The notes under the pieces: model-generated | Databases searched by the model: none | Told to the model about the DNA's origin: nothing | What the model saw: the letters and a program-made list of their open reading frames with translations, nothing else | Part shown: piece after piece, positions 40,817-50,089 of the stretch | Layout of the letters: each line of letters opens with the position of its first letter | Position numbering within the stretch: the first letter of the stretch is position 1 | Program-made: the position numbers and the translations under genes | Origin: Armatimonadota bacterium | Lineage (GTDB): Bacteria > Armatimonadota > HRBIN16 | Length of the DNA stretch: 64,000 nucleotides | Assembly: GCA_963677485.1 (NCBI GenBank) | Contig: OY781964.1 | Coordinates: forward strand, 1,920,001-1,984,000 | Reading direction: 5' to 3'

Positions 40817-40972
40817 ATCTGAACCACGGATAACACGAATGGAGAATCGGGATTCAACGCAAAGAGGCCAAGGAGCAAAGACGCAGAGTTCTTGCGGCGC
40901 CGAGTGGTCGGTCTGAACCGCCGATCGAACGGCTCCCTTTGCATCCTTTGCCCCTCTGCGCCTTTGCGTTGG
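40817..40972. repeat. Short-period repeat mosaic with CGCAAAG/CTTTGCG inverted arms
   Basis: TCTGAACCACGGAT; TTCAACGCAAAGAGG... paired with ...CCTTTGCGTTGGA. Confidence 0.65.
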
Positions 40973-40994
40973 AATCAGCTGTTGCCAAGATGAC

Positions 40995-41027
40995 AAAACG
41001 GGGCGGTGCCAGGCACCGCCCCGTTTT
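40995..41027. terminator. Intrinsic (bidirectional-type) terminator after frr
   Basis: AAAACGGGGCGGTGCC-A-GGCACCGCCCCGTTTT. Confidence 0.85.
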
Positions 41028-41056
41028 ACATGGGTCGTGAAAAGTGGGATATGGCC

Positions 41057-41614
41057 CTAGATGGCCATCACTTCTGTCTCTTTGGTCTTCTCAAGTTTAT
41101 CCAGCTCTTGAATGAACTTATCGGTCACTTTCTGAAGCTGCAACTCTGCGCGTTTTACGTCGTCTTCAGAGATCTCTTTTTTCTTTTCCAGTGCCTTCAC
41201 ATGGTCGATAGCTTCTCGGCGCACGTTGCGGATGGCGACCCGCTCTTCTTCAGCTTTTTTCTTTAGCGTCTTCACCATCTCTTTACGACGCTCTTCCGTC
41301 ATTTCAGGCACTTTCAGCCGTATCATCACGCCGTCGTTGGTGGGGTTCAGGTTGATCTCTGACTTCGTTATGGCCTTTTCAATGGGGCCTAGAGTGCTCT
41401 TTTCCCAGGGTGTAATGGTCAACAGCCGGGGTTCAGGGGCCGCCACTGTGGCCACATGGGCCAGCGGAGTGGGGGTGCCGTAATAATCCACCATGATCTG
41501 ATCCAGCATCTGTGGGTTTGCACGTCCTGTGCGAATGGTGGAGAAGTTTTCGCGAGCCTTCTCAATGGTGTGGGTCATTTTTCGTTCGGTGTCTTTGATA
41601 ATCTGATCTACCAT
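41057..41614 (-). CDS. frr: Ribosome recycling factor
   Basis: IRTGRANP, VDYYGTPTPL and TEERRKE; canonical synteny. Confidence 0.98.
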   Translation of the reverse strand: MVDQIIKDTERKMTHTIEKARENFSTIRTGRANPQMLDQIMVDYYGTPTPLAHVATVAAPEPRLLTITPWEKSTLGPIEKAITKSEINLNPTNDGVMIRLKVPEMTEERRKEMVKTLKKKAEEERVAIRNVRREAIDHVKALEKKKEISEDDVKRAELQLQKVTDKFIQELDKLEKTKETEVMAI

Positions 41615-41616
41615 AG

Positions 41617-42351
41617 TTACCCTCCTACCAGTGTTCCGAGGTCTTCGCCCTGCAAAACCGCCTTAATCGCGCCGGCACGGCCGATATCAAACACCAGTAT
41701 TGGCATCTTGTTCTCCATGCACATAGCCATCGCGGTAAGGTCCATCACCTTTAATCGCTTAGCAATGGCTTCCTCGTAACTAATGGTATTGTACCTTTTT
41801 GCGTAAGGGTTTAACTTGGGGTCACTGTCGTATATTCCGTCTACATTCGTGGCTTTCAGAAACGCGTCGCACTTCAGCTCAAGTGCACGAAGTGAACTGG
41901 CGGTATCCGTGGTGAAGTAGGGGTTCCCGGTGCCTCCAGCCAGAATAACGACATTTCCATTTTCCAGTTGGCTGATCGCTCGCCGGCGTATGAATGGTTC
42001 GGCGACCTGCGTCATTGTGATGGCGGTCTGCACCCGGGTGGGTTGGCCCAACTGCTCGATGGAGTCCTGCAGAGCCATGGCGTTAATCACCGTGGCCAGC
42101 ATACCCATGTAGTCGCCTTGCGATCGGTCCATACCTTTACTAGCAGCCGTACCGCCGCGGATGATGTTGCCACCACCGATGACGATGGCCATCTCAGCGC
42201 CTGCTTTTACGGCTTCCACTACCTCGGCAGCGATTCGGCCGATCACATCGTAGTTCAGACCGACGTGCTGGTCTCCGGCGAAAGCTTCGCCGGAGAGTTT
42301 CAGCAACACGCGGCGCCAACGCAGATTAGGGGGTTGCGCGGCGTTATCCAT
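41617..42351 (-). CDS. pyrH: UMP kinase
   Basis: LLKLSGE, GGGNIIRG, DYMGMLATVIN and GTGNPYFTTD. Confidence 0.98.
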   Translation of the reverse strand: MDNAAQPPNLRWRRVLLKLSGEAFAGDQHVGLNYDVIGRIAAEVVEAVKAGAEMAIVIGGGNIIRGGTAASKGMDRSQGDYMGMLATVINAMALQDSIEQLGQPTRVQTAITMTQVAEPFIRRRAISQLENGNVVILAGGTGNPYFTTDTASSLRALELKCDAFLKATNVDGIYDSDPKLNPYAKRYNTISYEEAIAKRLKVMDLTAMAMCMENKMPILVFDIGRAGAIKAVLQGEDLGTLVGG

Positions 42352-42354
42352 GGT

Positions 42355-43236
42355 TTACTTGCTAACCTCACCCACGCGGTAACGGGCGTAGCGGCTGATT
42401 TTGATGCTGGTTCCCAGCGTCTTTGCCGCGGCCTCTATTACCTGGCGGATGGATTGCTTCTCATCGCGGATGTACTTGCTATCCAGCAGTGTGACCTGCT
42501 CGAAGAACTTGCCCATGCGGCCCGCAATGATCTTGGGAAGGGCGGCCTCGGGTTTGCCTTCGTTCAGAGCGCGGTGCTTCTGGATGTCCTGCTCGGCGGC
42601 AACCTCAGCGGGGTCCACTTCGTCGCGGTCCAGATATTTGGGCGACACGAAGGAGATGTGCATGCTGAGTTCGCGGGCCAACTGAGCCAGTTCCGGCTTC
42701 TTCAATGCTTCGGCGTCGCCTACCTGCAGCTCGGTGAGAACACCGATCTGTCCACCCTGGTGGATATAGGCATCAACGATGGCGTTTTCGGTGCCAGTGT
42801 AGCAAAGATACCGGCCAAGACCCATCTTTTCGCGGATCTTGATCACGAGGTTTTCCAGCTTGGCGCCGATGGTTTCATCACCAGTGGCCACGGCCAGAAG
42901 CTCTTCGTTGGCTCCGGTCAGCTTGTTGGCCAACACGGCGTTGACCATCTCATCGGCCAGCGCGAGGAAGTCCTCATTGCGTGCCACGAAGTCGGTCTCG
43001 CAGTTCAACTCCACCAATGCGGCGGTGTTGTTGCAGCAAGAGACAGCAGAGGTGATGATGCCCTGGGCAGCGGTTCGGTCATCGCGCTTGGTAGCGCTGG
43101 CCATACCACGCTCGCGCAGAAGCTTGCGAGCGGCATCCATATCTCCGTTGGTTTCAGCAAGGGCCTTCTTGCATTCCATCATGCCCACGCCGGTCTGCTC
43201 ACGCAGATCCTTAACCATAGAGGCAGTTATTTCCAT
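42355..43236 (-). CDS. tsf: Elongation factor Ts
   Basis: VKDLREQTGVGMMECKKAL and ELNCETDFVARN; start placed at MEITA. Confidence 0.98.
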   Translation of the reverse strand: MEITASMVKDLREQTGVGMMECKKALAETNGDMDAARKLLRERGMASATKRDDRTAAQGIITSAVSCCNNTAALVELNCETDFVARNEDFLALADEMVNAVLANKLTGANEELLAVATGDETIGAKLENLVIKIREKMGLGRYLCYTGTENAIVDAYIHQGGQIGVLTELQVGDAEALKKPELAQLARELSMHISFVSPKYLDRDEVDPAEVAAEQDIQKHRALNEGKPEAALPKIIAGRMGKFFEQVTLLDSKYIRDEKQSIRQVIEAAAKTLGTSIKISRYARYRVGEVSK

Positions 43237-43313
43237 TGTAATTGAATTCCTCCTAGATGCGGTGCGCGGGGGCAAAAGCCCCCGCGAAAGAGAACAGATT
43301 GCGGCTGGTAAGC

Positions 43314-44201
43314 CTAGTTCTCTGGGGTATACAGGCTGCTGTATTCGTCTTTAGCTTCAGGCTTCACGAGTACATCAGTGACCTCAGGCTTGGCGACTTC
43401 CACATCGGGCGCGGCGGCGACTTCTTCCACCACTACGTCCACGTCAGGCTTTTCGTCAGCGTCAGCTTCTTCGGTAATGTGTGCTTCTTCTTCGTCATGA
43501 ACTTCAGCAGCATCCCATTCGGCTTGCTTCACTTCAATCACGGTGTCGGCAATGCGGTTGACCATCAGCTTGATGGCACGGATCGCATCGTCGTTACCGG
43601 GGATGATGTAGTCCACTTCGTCAGGATCGCAGTTCGTGTCTACGATAGCCACGATGGGGATACCAAGACGACGTGCCTCGAGAACAGCAATGTGCTCCTT
43701 CTTGAGGTCTACGATGAAGATTGCACAAGGCAGTCCGGGCATCTCTTTGATGCCGTTAAGTATGGATTCCAGTTTGGACAGCTCTTCGCGAAGCAGGGCT
43801 GCTTCCTTCTTGGTGAGTTTGTCCAGGGTGCCATCTTTGTCGAGCTTCTGCAGGTCGCGCAGACGCTTAATTCGGCTTTGGATGGTGCTCCAGTTGGTCA
43901 ACATACCGCCCAGCCAGCGCTTGTTCACGTAGTATTGGCGGCTGCGTTCTGCGGCCTCTTTTACTGCGTCCTGTGCCTGCTTTTTGGTTCCTACAAACAG
44001 CACGTGCCCGCCCTCTTGTACAAGCTGGTGGACTTGCTCTTGCGCGTCATCAAACATGCGAAGAGTTTTGTGAAGGTCGATGATGTAGATGCCGTTACGT
44101 GCGCCGAAGATGTACGGCTTCATTTTGGGGTTCCAACGGCGGGTATGGTGGCCGAAATGGACTCCTGCTTCGAGGAGTTCCTTCATAGTTACTGATGCCA
44201 A
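43314..44201 (-). CDS. rpsB: 30S ribosomal protein S2
   Basis: [27 protein letters not shown] and [11 protein letters not shown]; TTG start after AGGAGG. Confidence 0.98.
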   Translation of the reverse strand: MASVTMKELLEAGVHFGHHTRRWNPKMKPYIFGARNGIYIIDLHKTLRMFDDAQEQVHQLVQEGGHVLFVGTKKQAQDAVKEAAERSRQYYVNKRWLGGMLTNWSTIQSRIKRLRDLQKLDKDGTLDKLTKKEAALLREELSKLESILNGIKEMPGLPCAIFIVDLKKEHIAVLEARRLGIPIVAIVDTNCDPDEVDYIIPGNDDAIRAIKLMVNRIADTVIEVKQAEWDAAEVHDEEEAHITEEADADEKPDVDVVVEEVAAAPDVEVAKPEVTDVLVKPEAKDEYSSLYTPEN

Positions 44202-44328
44202 GGGGGTCCCTCCTGGGGTTTGCCTCCCGCGCCATCAACCCGTTCCGAGATCCCTTGCGGACACCCCCGAAACAGTCCGGACGCGGTGCGTTGTGTATTT
44301 TTGGTGAAAACACCGATACATTGTACCA
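44202..44328 (-). promoter_or_regulatory. rpsB extended -10 promoter and structured 5' leader
   Basis: TGGTACAAT at 44328..44320 (minus); GC-rich leader ACACAACGC...GGGAGGCAAAC resembling S2 autoregulatory leaders. Confidence 0.6.
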
Positions 44329-44391
44329 TAAGCGAAGAATGGGTCTATCCACAGATGACACAGATGACACAGATTAGTCATGAACGCAGCT

Positions 44392-44494
44392 GCCCAATTG
44401 GCTATGTCCGGGGCGGTCTGGCGGTACGCTAACGGTGGCGGAAGGCCCAAGACCGCGCCGGTCTCTCTCCGAAGCAGGGGGCGATTGGTACGAA
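44392..44494 (+). repeat. Family B ~103-bp structured repeat
   Basis: GCCCAATTGGC.ATGTCCGGGGCGGTCTG...AAGACCGCGCCGGTCT...GATTGG; other copies at 47236, 49280, 49565, 49778 and 61352 (reverse). Confidence 0.85.
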
Positions 44495-44690
44495 ATTGTT
44501 AAGGATTCATTTCTTAACCACGAATAAACACCGATAGACACGAATGGACACAGATGAACGCGGATTGCCTGAACCACGGATAGCTAAGGACCGGTAGGAT
44601 GAGTAGGACGAGCAGGACAGATAGGACGTGTCCCCTCCTGCTCTCCTATCTACTCCTCTCCTTAGGTACAATATCCGTGGGGGTATTGCC

Positions 44691-45602
44691 ATGAAAAACG
44701 CCATCCGCACGGAACGGCTCACACGCCATTACAAGCTGCCGAAAGGCCAGACCAAAACGGCCTTAACGAATCTGGATTTATGTGTGGCTGAAGGGGAAAT
44801 CTTCGGCTTCCTGGGTGCTAATGGGGCGGGCAAGACCACCACCATCAAGCTGCTGCTGGATTTCATCCGACCCACCTCCGGCCAGAGCTGGCTTCTGGAC
44901 ATCCCCTCTACGCAGCCTGAGGCCAGGGCCCGAATAGGCTACCTCCCGGAGCAGCCCTTCTTCCACCGGTTTCTGACCATCACAGAGCTGCTCACCGCGC
45001 ACGCGCAGCTAGCCGGTATCCCCGCCGGTCAGGTGAAAGCCGCCGTCAAGCGTGCCATCGCCGCCGTGGGGATGGAGGAGTACGCGCAAACGAGGCTATC
45101 CAAGCTGAGCAAAGGGCTGACGCAGATCGTGGCACTCGGCCAGGCGATTGTGGGTGAGCCGAAGCTGCTGCTTTTGGATGAGCCCTCCAGCGGTCTAGAC
45201 CCCATCAACCGCAGGCAGATGAGCCTAATCTTGAAGGCGCTTCGCGAGCAGGGCTGCACCATCTTCCTCAGTTCCCATCACCTGAGCGAGGTGGAGACAC
45301 TCTGCACGCAGGTGGCCATTCTGAAGCATGGCGAGCTGGTGGCGCAAGGCACCCCTGAAAGCCTGGCGCAGGGAGGCTCCATACTGACCATCACCACCAG
45401 CTTGCAGCCCGATCAGCAGCAGTCCCTCGAACAGATGCCTGATGTCCAATGCGTGACTAATGAAGGGCTGGTAGAGGTCAGCATCCCCCTGGAGCGGTTC
45501 TATGAGCTCACCACACGTCTTGCGGAGCTGAAGGCACCCGTTATTCAGGTCAATAGTGCCCGCGAGAGCCTGGAGCAGATATTCCTGAGGTACTCCCAAT
45601 GA
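44691..45602 (+). CDS. ABC transporter ATP-binding protein
   Basis: Walker A GANGAGKTT, LSKG signature, LLLDEP, SSH; start placed at MKNAI. Confidence 0.95.
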   Translation: MKNAIRTERLTRHYKLPKGQTKTALTNLDLCVAEGEIFGFLGANGAGKTTTIKLLLDFIRPTSGQSWLLDIPSTQPEARARIGYLPEQPFFHRFLTITELLTAHAQLAGIPAGQVKAAVKRAIAAVGMEEYAQTRLSKLSKGLTQIVALGQAIVGEPKLLLLDEPSSGLDPINRRQMSLILKALREQGCTIFLSSHHLSEVETLCTQVAILKHGELVAQGTPESLAQGGSILTITTSLQPDQQQSLEQMPDVQCVTNEGLVEVSIPLERFYELTTRLAELKAPVIQVNSARESLEQIFLRYSQ

Positions 45603-46366
45603 AATCCATCTTGATCATCAGCCGTCTGACCTTGCTGGAAAACGGCCGCAAGCAGGTTTTTCAGGCCTTGATGCTGCTTCTTCTGGTGGTAGTGGCCGCC
45701 TCCACATTGCTGTTTTTGTTCACCGACGGGGTTCGGATGCAGATGCTGAAGGATCTGTGCAGCACTAGCATCACCGTGGGCGGCTCACTGCTGGCGGTGG
45801 TTCTGTGCGCCAGCGGTATCCAAAGCGACATCGAGAACCGCACTATCACCCCCTTCCTGGCACGGCCCATGACCAAGCAGCAATACTTCCTGGGCAAGTT
45901 TACCGGCAACCTGCTGACTGTGGCAGTCGGTATGCTGGGCATGGTGGCGGTATTTGCCGTGCTGCTGGTGGTGCATGGCGTGATGCCGGATCGCTATTTC
46001 GCTCTGGCGGTGAGTTTCACCATGCTGCAGGTGGCGGTCATCGCGGCGTTCACCACCATGCTGGGCAGCTTCCTCAGCCCTGTTCTGGCGGGTATGCTGG
46101 GGATGCTGTTTATCATCGGCGGCAGTATGAAGGTCGGCGGGTTAGCGCACATGATCGAGAACAGCCCTTCTGCGGTCACTCGCATGGCTATGATGCCCAT
46201 CTACCATATTTTGCCGAATATGGGCGCGTTTAACTTCAAGACGATGCTGGTGCAGGGGGTCGGCGCGCCGGTGGGTTACTGCTCCTGGGTTCTTGCATAT
46301 GGTCTGCTATATATCGCCATCTGCCTGATGGTCGGCGGCTGGTGCATCAGCGCGAGGGACGTATGA
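45599..46366 (+). CDS. ABC-2 type permease (PilI/NosY-like)
   Basis: Six TMs; DIENRTI..FLARP.....Y.LGKF. Confidence 0.9.
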   Translation: MKSILIISRLTLLENGRKQVFQALMLLLLVVVAASTLLFLFTDGVRMQMLKDLCSTSITVGGSLLAVVLCASGIQSDIENRTITPFLARPMTKQQYFLGKFTGNLLTVAVGMLGMVAVFAVLLVVHGVMPDRYFALAVSFTMLQVAVIAAFTTMLGSFLSPVLAGMLGMLFIIGGSMKVGGLAHMIENSPSAVTRMAMMPIYHILPNMGAFNFKTMLVQGVGAPVGYCSWVLAYGLLYIAICLMVGGWCISARDV

Positions 46367-46557
46367 GACGGCTATCGGTAGTCATCACCCTCGGCCTGCT
46401 GTGGCTGGGCACAGGGGCATATGCGCATGAGGAGGAGCTCTATCGCGCCTGGCGTGACCCCGTAAACACGCGGGAGCTGAGCTTACAGACCGCGGGCATG
46501 GTGGTGCTGGTGCTGGGCATTCTAGCTTGGCGCGGATGGACGAGGCGCAGGCAATGA
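46363..46557 (+). CDS. Small membrane protein
   Basis: Signal-like N-terminus and C-terminal TM with a basic tail; ATGA-coupled on both sides. Confidence 0.55.
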   Translation: MRRLSVVITLGLLWLGTGAYAHEEELYRAWRDPVNTRELSLQTAGMVVLVLGILAWRGWTRRRQ

Positions 46558-47087
46558 CTAAGCGTGTATGGCTATTGGTATTGGCGGTGGTCTTGATGGT
46601 CGCGTCTGAGCGTCAGATGGACGCGTTAAGGCCTCCAACCGAGCAGGGCGGCGCGGCTTATGTGCAGATGCTTGGTGAGTTTCGCGTGGTGGCGGCCAAC
46701 CTGCTGTGGGTGAAAGCAGACGAGTATAACCACGAGTATGAGGCACGTCACGCCACCCCTTTGGAGAACCGAGAGTTGATCGGTATGTGTCAGTTGATTA
46801 CCCAGTTGAATCCCCGTTTTGAGCAGGCCTATTTGGTGGGTTCTATGATCTACCGTAAAGGCGACAAAGACCCACGGAAGGCGAAGGATTACCTGCTGCT
46901 GGGATATAAATATCTGCCCTCCAGTTGGGAGATCCCGCGGGATCTGGCGCTGCTGGAAGGCATCGACTACAAGGATAAGCGGGCAGCCCTTCCCTATGCG
47001 CGCATGGCATACAAGAACGCCACAGATCCGTTTTACAAGGCCAACATGCTGCGGTTGGTTAAGGCCATCGAACAGCATATGAAGTGA
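46554..47087 (+). CDS. Membrane-anchored TPR-like protein
   Basis: LGEFRVVAANLLWVKADEY.H and ITQLNPRF..AY; coupled to the ABC operon. Confidence 0.75.
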   Translation: MTKRVWLLVLAVVLMVASERQMDALRPPTEQGGAAYVQMLGEFRVVAANLLWVKADEYNHEYEARHATPLENRELIGMCQLITQLNPRFEQAYLVGSMIYRKGDKDPRKAKDYLLLGYKYLPSSWEIPRDLALLEGIDYKDKRAALPYARMAYKNATDPFYKANMLRLVKAIEQHMK

Positions 47088-47100
47088 ACAAGGTGCATGT

Positions 47101-47403
47101 TTCACGCGAAGACGCGAAGACGCGAAGGGTATAAATATCCACAGATTACACAGATGACGCAGAATATCAGAACCACGAATAAACACCGATAGACACGAAT
47201 GGACACAGATGAACGCGGATGGTAACCCCGTCGCAGCCTAATTGGCTATGTCCGGGGCGGGTGGCGATTGGCACGATGGGGTTATGGGATGTCACAAAAC
47301 CACGAATAAACATCGATAGACACGAATGGACACAGATGAACGCGGATGGACACGAATTCCGGGAACACAACGCAAGGACGCAAAGAGCAAAGGACGCAAA
47401 GGT
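47101..47403. repeat. Repeat mosaic (CGCGAAGA, CACAGAT, 50-bp AACCACGAAT module x2, deleted family B copy, CGCAAAG)
   Basis: 50-bp module at 47171 and 47298; truncated family B at 47236..47276. Confidence 0.85.
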
Positions 47404-47438
47404 TCGAAAGCCGGTCATCATTAAGGGAGGAAACCGTA

Positions 47439-47780
47439 ATGGGTAATAGTACGTGCCATCCTGACATGCTGCGCTTTTGGCAGCTCATGGCAGAGGGTTC
47501 CGCCGCGGGTCAGCAACTCGGCGGGTTATTGAAGTCCATCAGCGAACAGCTACCTGATGAGCCGATGGGTAATGCCGTCGCAGCCTTGGACCTTGATGTA
47601 GCAAGAGGCGTGATGTTGTCACAGGCGATGAAGAACCAACCGGCGATCTTCACCAAGGCTCACGTCTGCCTCGTTGAAGGCGGAGAGCTGGTCGGCAGGC
47701 TCGATCTACTGCTGTCTGTGATCGTTGAACTGACGCAGTCATGCCCGGCCTGTGGAGGTCTCAAGTTCCCTGAGGATTAA
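47439..47780 (+). CDS. Stand-alone T2SS-F/PilC cytoplasmic domain protein with C-terminal CPxCG
   Basis: DVARGVMLSQAM...P.IF......LVEGGELVGRLD matches the GspF repeat; AGGGAGG RBS. Confidence 0.65.
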   Translation: MGNSTCHPDMLRFWQLMAEGSAAGQQLGGLLKSISEQLPDEPMGNAVAALDLDVARGVMLSQAMKNQPAIFTKAHVCLVEGGELVGRLDLLLSVIVELTQSCPACGGLKFPED

Positions 47781-47794
47781 AGATTATTACGTCG

Positions 47795-47822
47795 GTAGGG
47801 GCACGGCGCGCCGTGCCCCTAC
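47795..47822. repeat. GTAG REP palindrome
   Basis: GTAGGGGCACGGCGCGCCGTGCCCCTAC. Confidence 0.8.
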
Positions 47823-47836
47823 ACGCCGCGTTCCCC

Positions 47837-49099
47837 TCAGTCGAACTCCACCACCTGATGCGTCAAGCGCGCCTCTTCGGCGGCGAACGCCATGAGGTGG
47901 CTGTCCAGCGACATCTCAACCGGCGTCAGCACATCCTTGAAGTTGCCAGAACTAATGGCCTGCGTGAAGCCATCCATGATGGCGGTATCGCCCCCAAGGT
48001 GGGAGGTGTTGGCATCTGACGGGGTGATGGTCTGCGCACTGAGCGGTTGGAAACTCCAGGCGTGGATCGTGCCCACACTGGCGTCAAGCTGCAGCTCGCC
48101 GTTGGTCATGCTGATCTTGGTGATGCGCCGTTCGACCGCGTTATGCCCGGTCATCATGAAGGAGGCGGTGACACCGTTCTGGAACTCGAGGCTCACCGAC
48201 TGATGGTCAACCACATCGTTATCGCAATGATACACGCAGCGTCCAAACTGGTTAGTTTTCAGCAGCTCGATCAGCTCCTGCCTGGTTTCTGGCGAACCCA
48301 TCTGCCGGATGTAGGCGGGGTCAGGTTCTTCGCCGAGGTATATCTTCTGCGCCGAATAGGGGCAGACACCCTCTGCGGGGCAGCCATCAAGGCAGAATGG
48401 GGTTGCTCCCTCGGGTGCATTTTCAGGCCTAAAGTAGCTCAGTTTTCCGAATGAGGCCACTCGCGACGGACGGCTGCCGGCCAGCCAGCGCAGCAGGTCC
48501 ATATCGTGGCAGCTCTTCGCCAAAATCATGGGGGTGAGTTTCGATGAGTTGAAAAAGCCTCGGACAAACGAGTGCGCCATGTGGTGATACGACAGGTTCT
48601 CGCTGTGCTCAATCGAGACCACCTCGCCGTAGTCACCTGAAGCGACAAGGCTCATCAGGGTGCCGTATAGCGGGGTGTAGCGCATTTGGTGACAGACCAT
48701 GAACACCTTGTCGTAACCGGCGGCGGCACGGCAGATCAGCTCTGTATCGGCGCGGTTGGTGGCCAGCGGCTTTTCCACCAGAAGGTGGTAGCCGTGCTCC
48801 ATGGCCATCATCACCGGGTTCACACGCTCATTTTCCACTGTGGCGATGATGACCGCATCGACCTCACGGTGTGCGGCGTAGAACTCGCGGTAGTCGGAGT
48901 AGCGCTGGGCCTCAGGGATACCGTGCTCCACCCCGAAGGCGTTGCGTTTGGCCTCATTCGGCTCAATGACGGCCACAAACTGCACGCGGACGGGATGCTG
49001 CAGCGCATATCCGCCAAAAACGCCCCGGCCGCGGTTGCCAGCGCCGATCAATGCGATCCTTACCGGGTTCATGTATATGTTCTCCTGGGTGTTGTTCAT
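47837..49099 (-). CDS. Gfo/Idh/MocA family oxidoreductase
   Basis: IGAGNRG, LVEKP, AHSFVRG and LAKSCHDMD. Confidence 0.92.
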   Translation of the reverse strand: MNNTQENIYMNPVRIALIGAGNRGRGVFGGYALQHPVRVQFVAVIEPNEAKRNAFGVEHGIPEAQRYSDYREFYAAHREVDAVIIATVENERVNPVMMAMEHGYHLLVEKPLATNRADTELICRAAAGYDKVFMVCHQMRYTPLYGTLMSLVASGDYGEVVSIEHSENLSYHHMAHSFVRGFFNSSKLTPMILAKSCHDMDLLRWLAGSRPSRVASFGKLSYFRPENAPEGATPFCLDGCPAEGVCPYSAQKIYLGEEPDPAYIRQMGSPETRQELIELLKTNQFGRCVYHCDNDVVDHQSVSLEFQNGVTASFMMTGHNAVERRITKISMTNGELQLDASVGTIHAWSFQPLSAQTITPSDANTSHLGGDTAIMDGFTQAISSGNFKDVLTPVEMSLDSHLMAFAAEEARLTHQVVEFD

Positions 49100-49149
49100 C
49101 TTCGCCGTCCAGTTTGTATTCTTGATCTATGGGTGTTGGGATGTCAAGT

Positions 49150-49980
49150 GGGAATGGCGCGAAGGGTACGGAGCACAACGCAAGGACGCAAAGGGTACGG
49201 GGATGTAACCTAACCACGAATAAACACCGATGGACACGAATGGACACAGATGGACGCGGATTGGCGTGAGCACACCGCAGCCCAATTGGCCATGTCCGGG
49301 GCGGTCTGACGGTACGCTAGCGGTGGCGGATGGCCTAAGACCGCGCCGGTCTTTCCCCAGGGCGGGCGGCGGTTGGCACGAAGGATTCAGGGATTCTTTA
49401 TTTAACCACGAATGGACACAAATAGACACGAATACGGGGAACTCAACGCAATGGCGCAGAGGGGCAAAGGACGCATAGGGTACGGGGATGTAACCTAACC
49501 ACGAATAAACACCGATAGACACGAATGGACACAGATGAACGCGGATTGTCGTGAGCACACCACAGCCCAAATGCCAATGTCCGGGGCGGTCTGACGGTAC
49601 GCTAGCGAGGGCAGATGGCTCAAGACCGCGCCGGTCTTTCTCCAAGGCGGGCGGCGATTGGCACGAAGGGAAAAACCATCCACAGGATACACAGATTACA
49701 CAGATTGCCTGAACCACGAATAAACACCGATAGACACGAATGGACACAGATGAACGCGGATGCGAGAATTCGCCGCAGCCCAATTGGCAATGTCCGGGGC
49801 GGTCTGACGGTACGCTAGCAGTGGCAGATGGCCCAAGACCGCGCCGGTCTTTCTCCAGGGCGGGAGGCGATTGGCATGAATGAAAAAACCATCCACAGAT
49901 TACACAGATTACGCAGATGAGGTTACGTCGCCTCTCCATCCGTGTCATCCCATAAATCCGTGTAATCCGTGGTTCAGACA
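49150..49980. repeat. Tandem composite repeat array (3 x 50-bp module + family B)
   Basis: Modules at 49212, 49497 and 49712; family B at 49280, 49565 and 49778; first period 285 bp. Confidence 0.9.
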
Positions 49981-50089
49981 AATACCACCGTCTTTCTGGC
50001 AATCCCCTCTCTGTCATCCATCCAAGCTATCACAGCGTTTTTATGCCATAGTGTATGTAGAAATCCACCGCGCGGAGGTTTACCGCACT

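Noticed and set aside
43314-43520. Acidic C-terminal extension of S2
   Set aside because: Low-complexity acidic tails are common in RpsB.
41968-44195. Long plus-strand ORFs (425 aa, 312 aa)
   Set aside because: Antisense shadows of pyrH, tsf and rpsB.
49150-49980. Possible CRISPR array
   Set aside because: Units are 213-285 bp, the intervening segments are themselves repeats rather than unique spacers, and no cas genes are present.
49127-50017. 296-aa minus-strand ORF and other ORFs with ICVICG, SAFICVH or SEPRITR motifs
   Set aside because: Translations of non-coding repeat modules; the same sequences also falsely extend the N-termini of several real genes.
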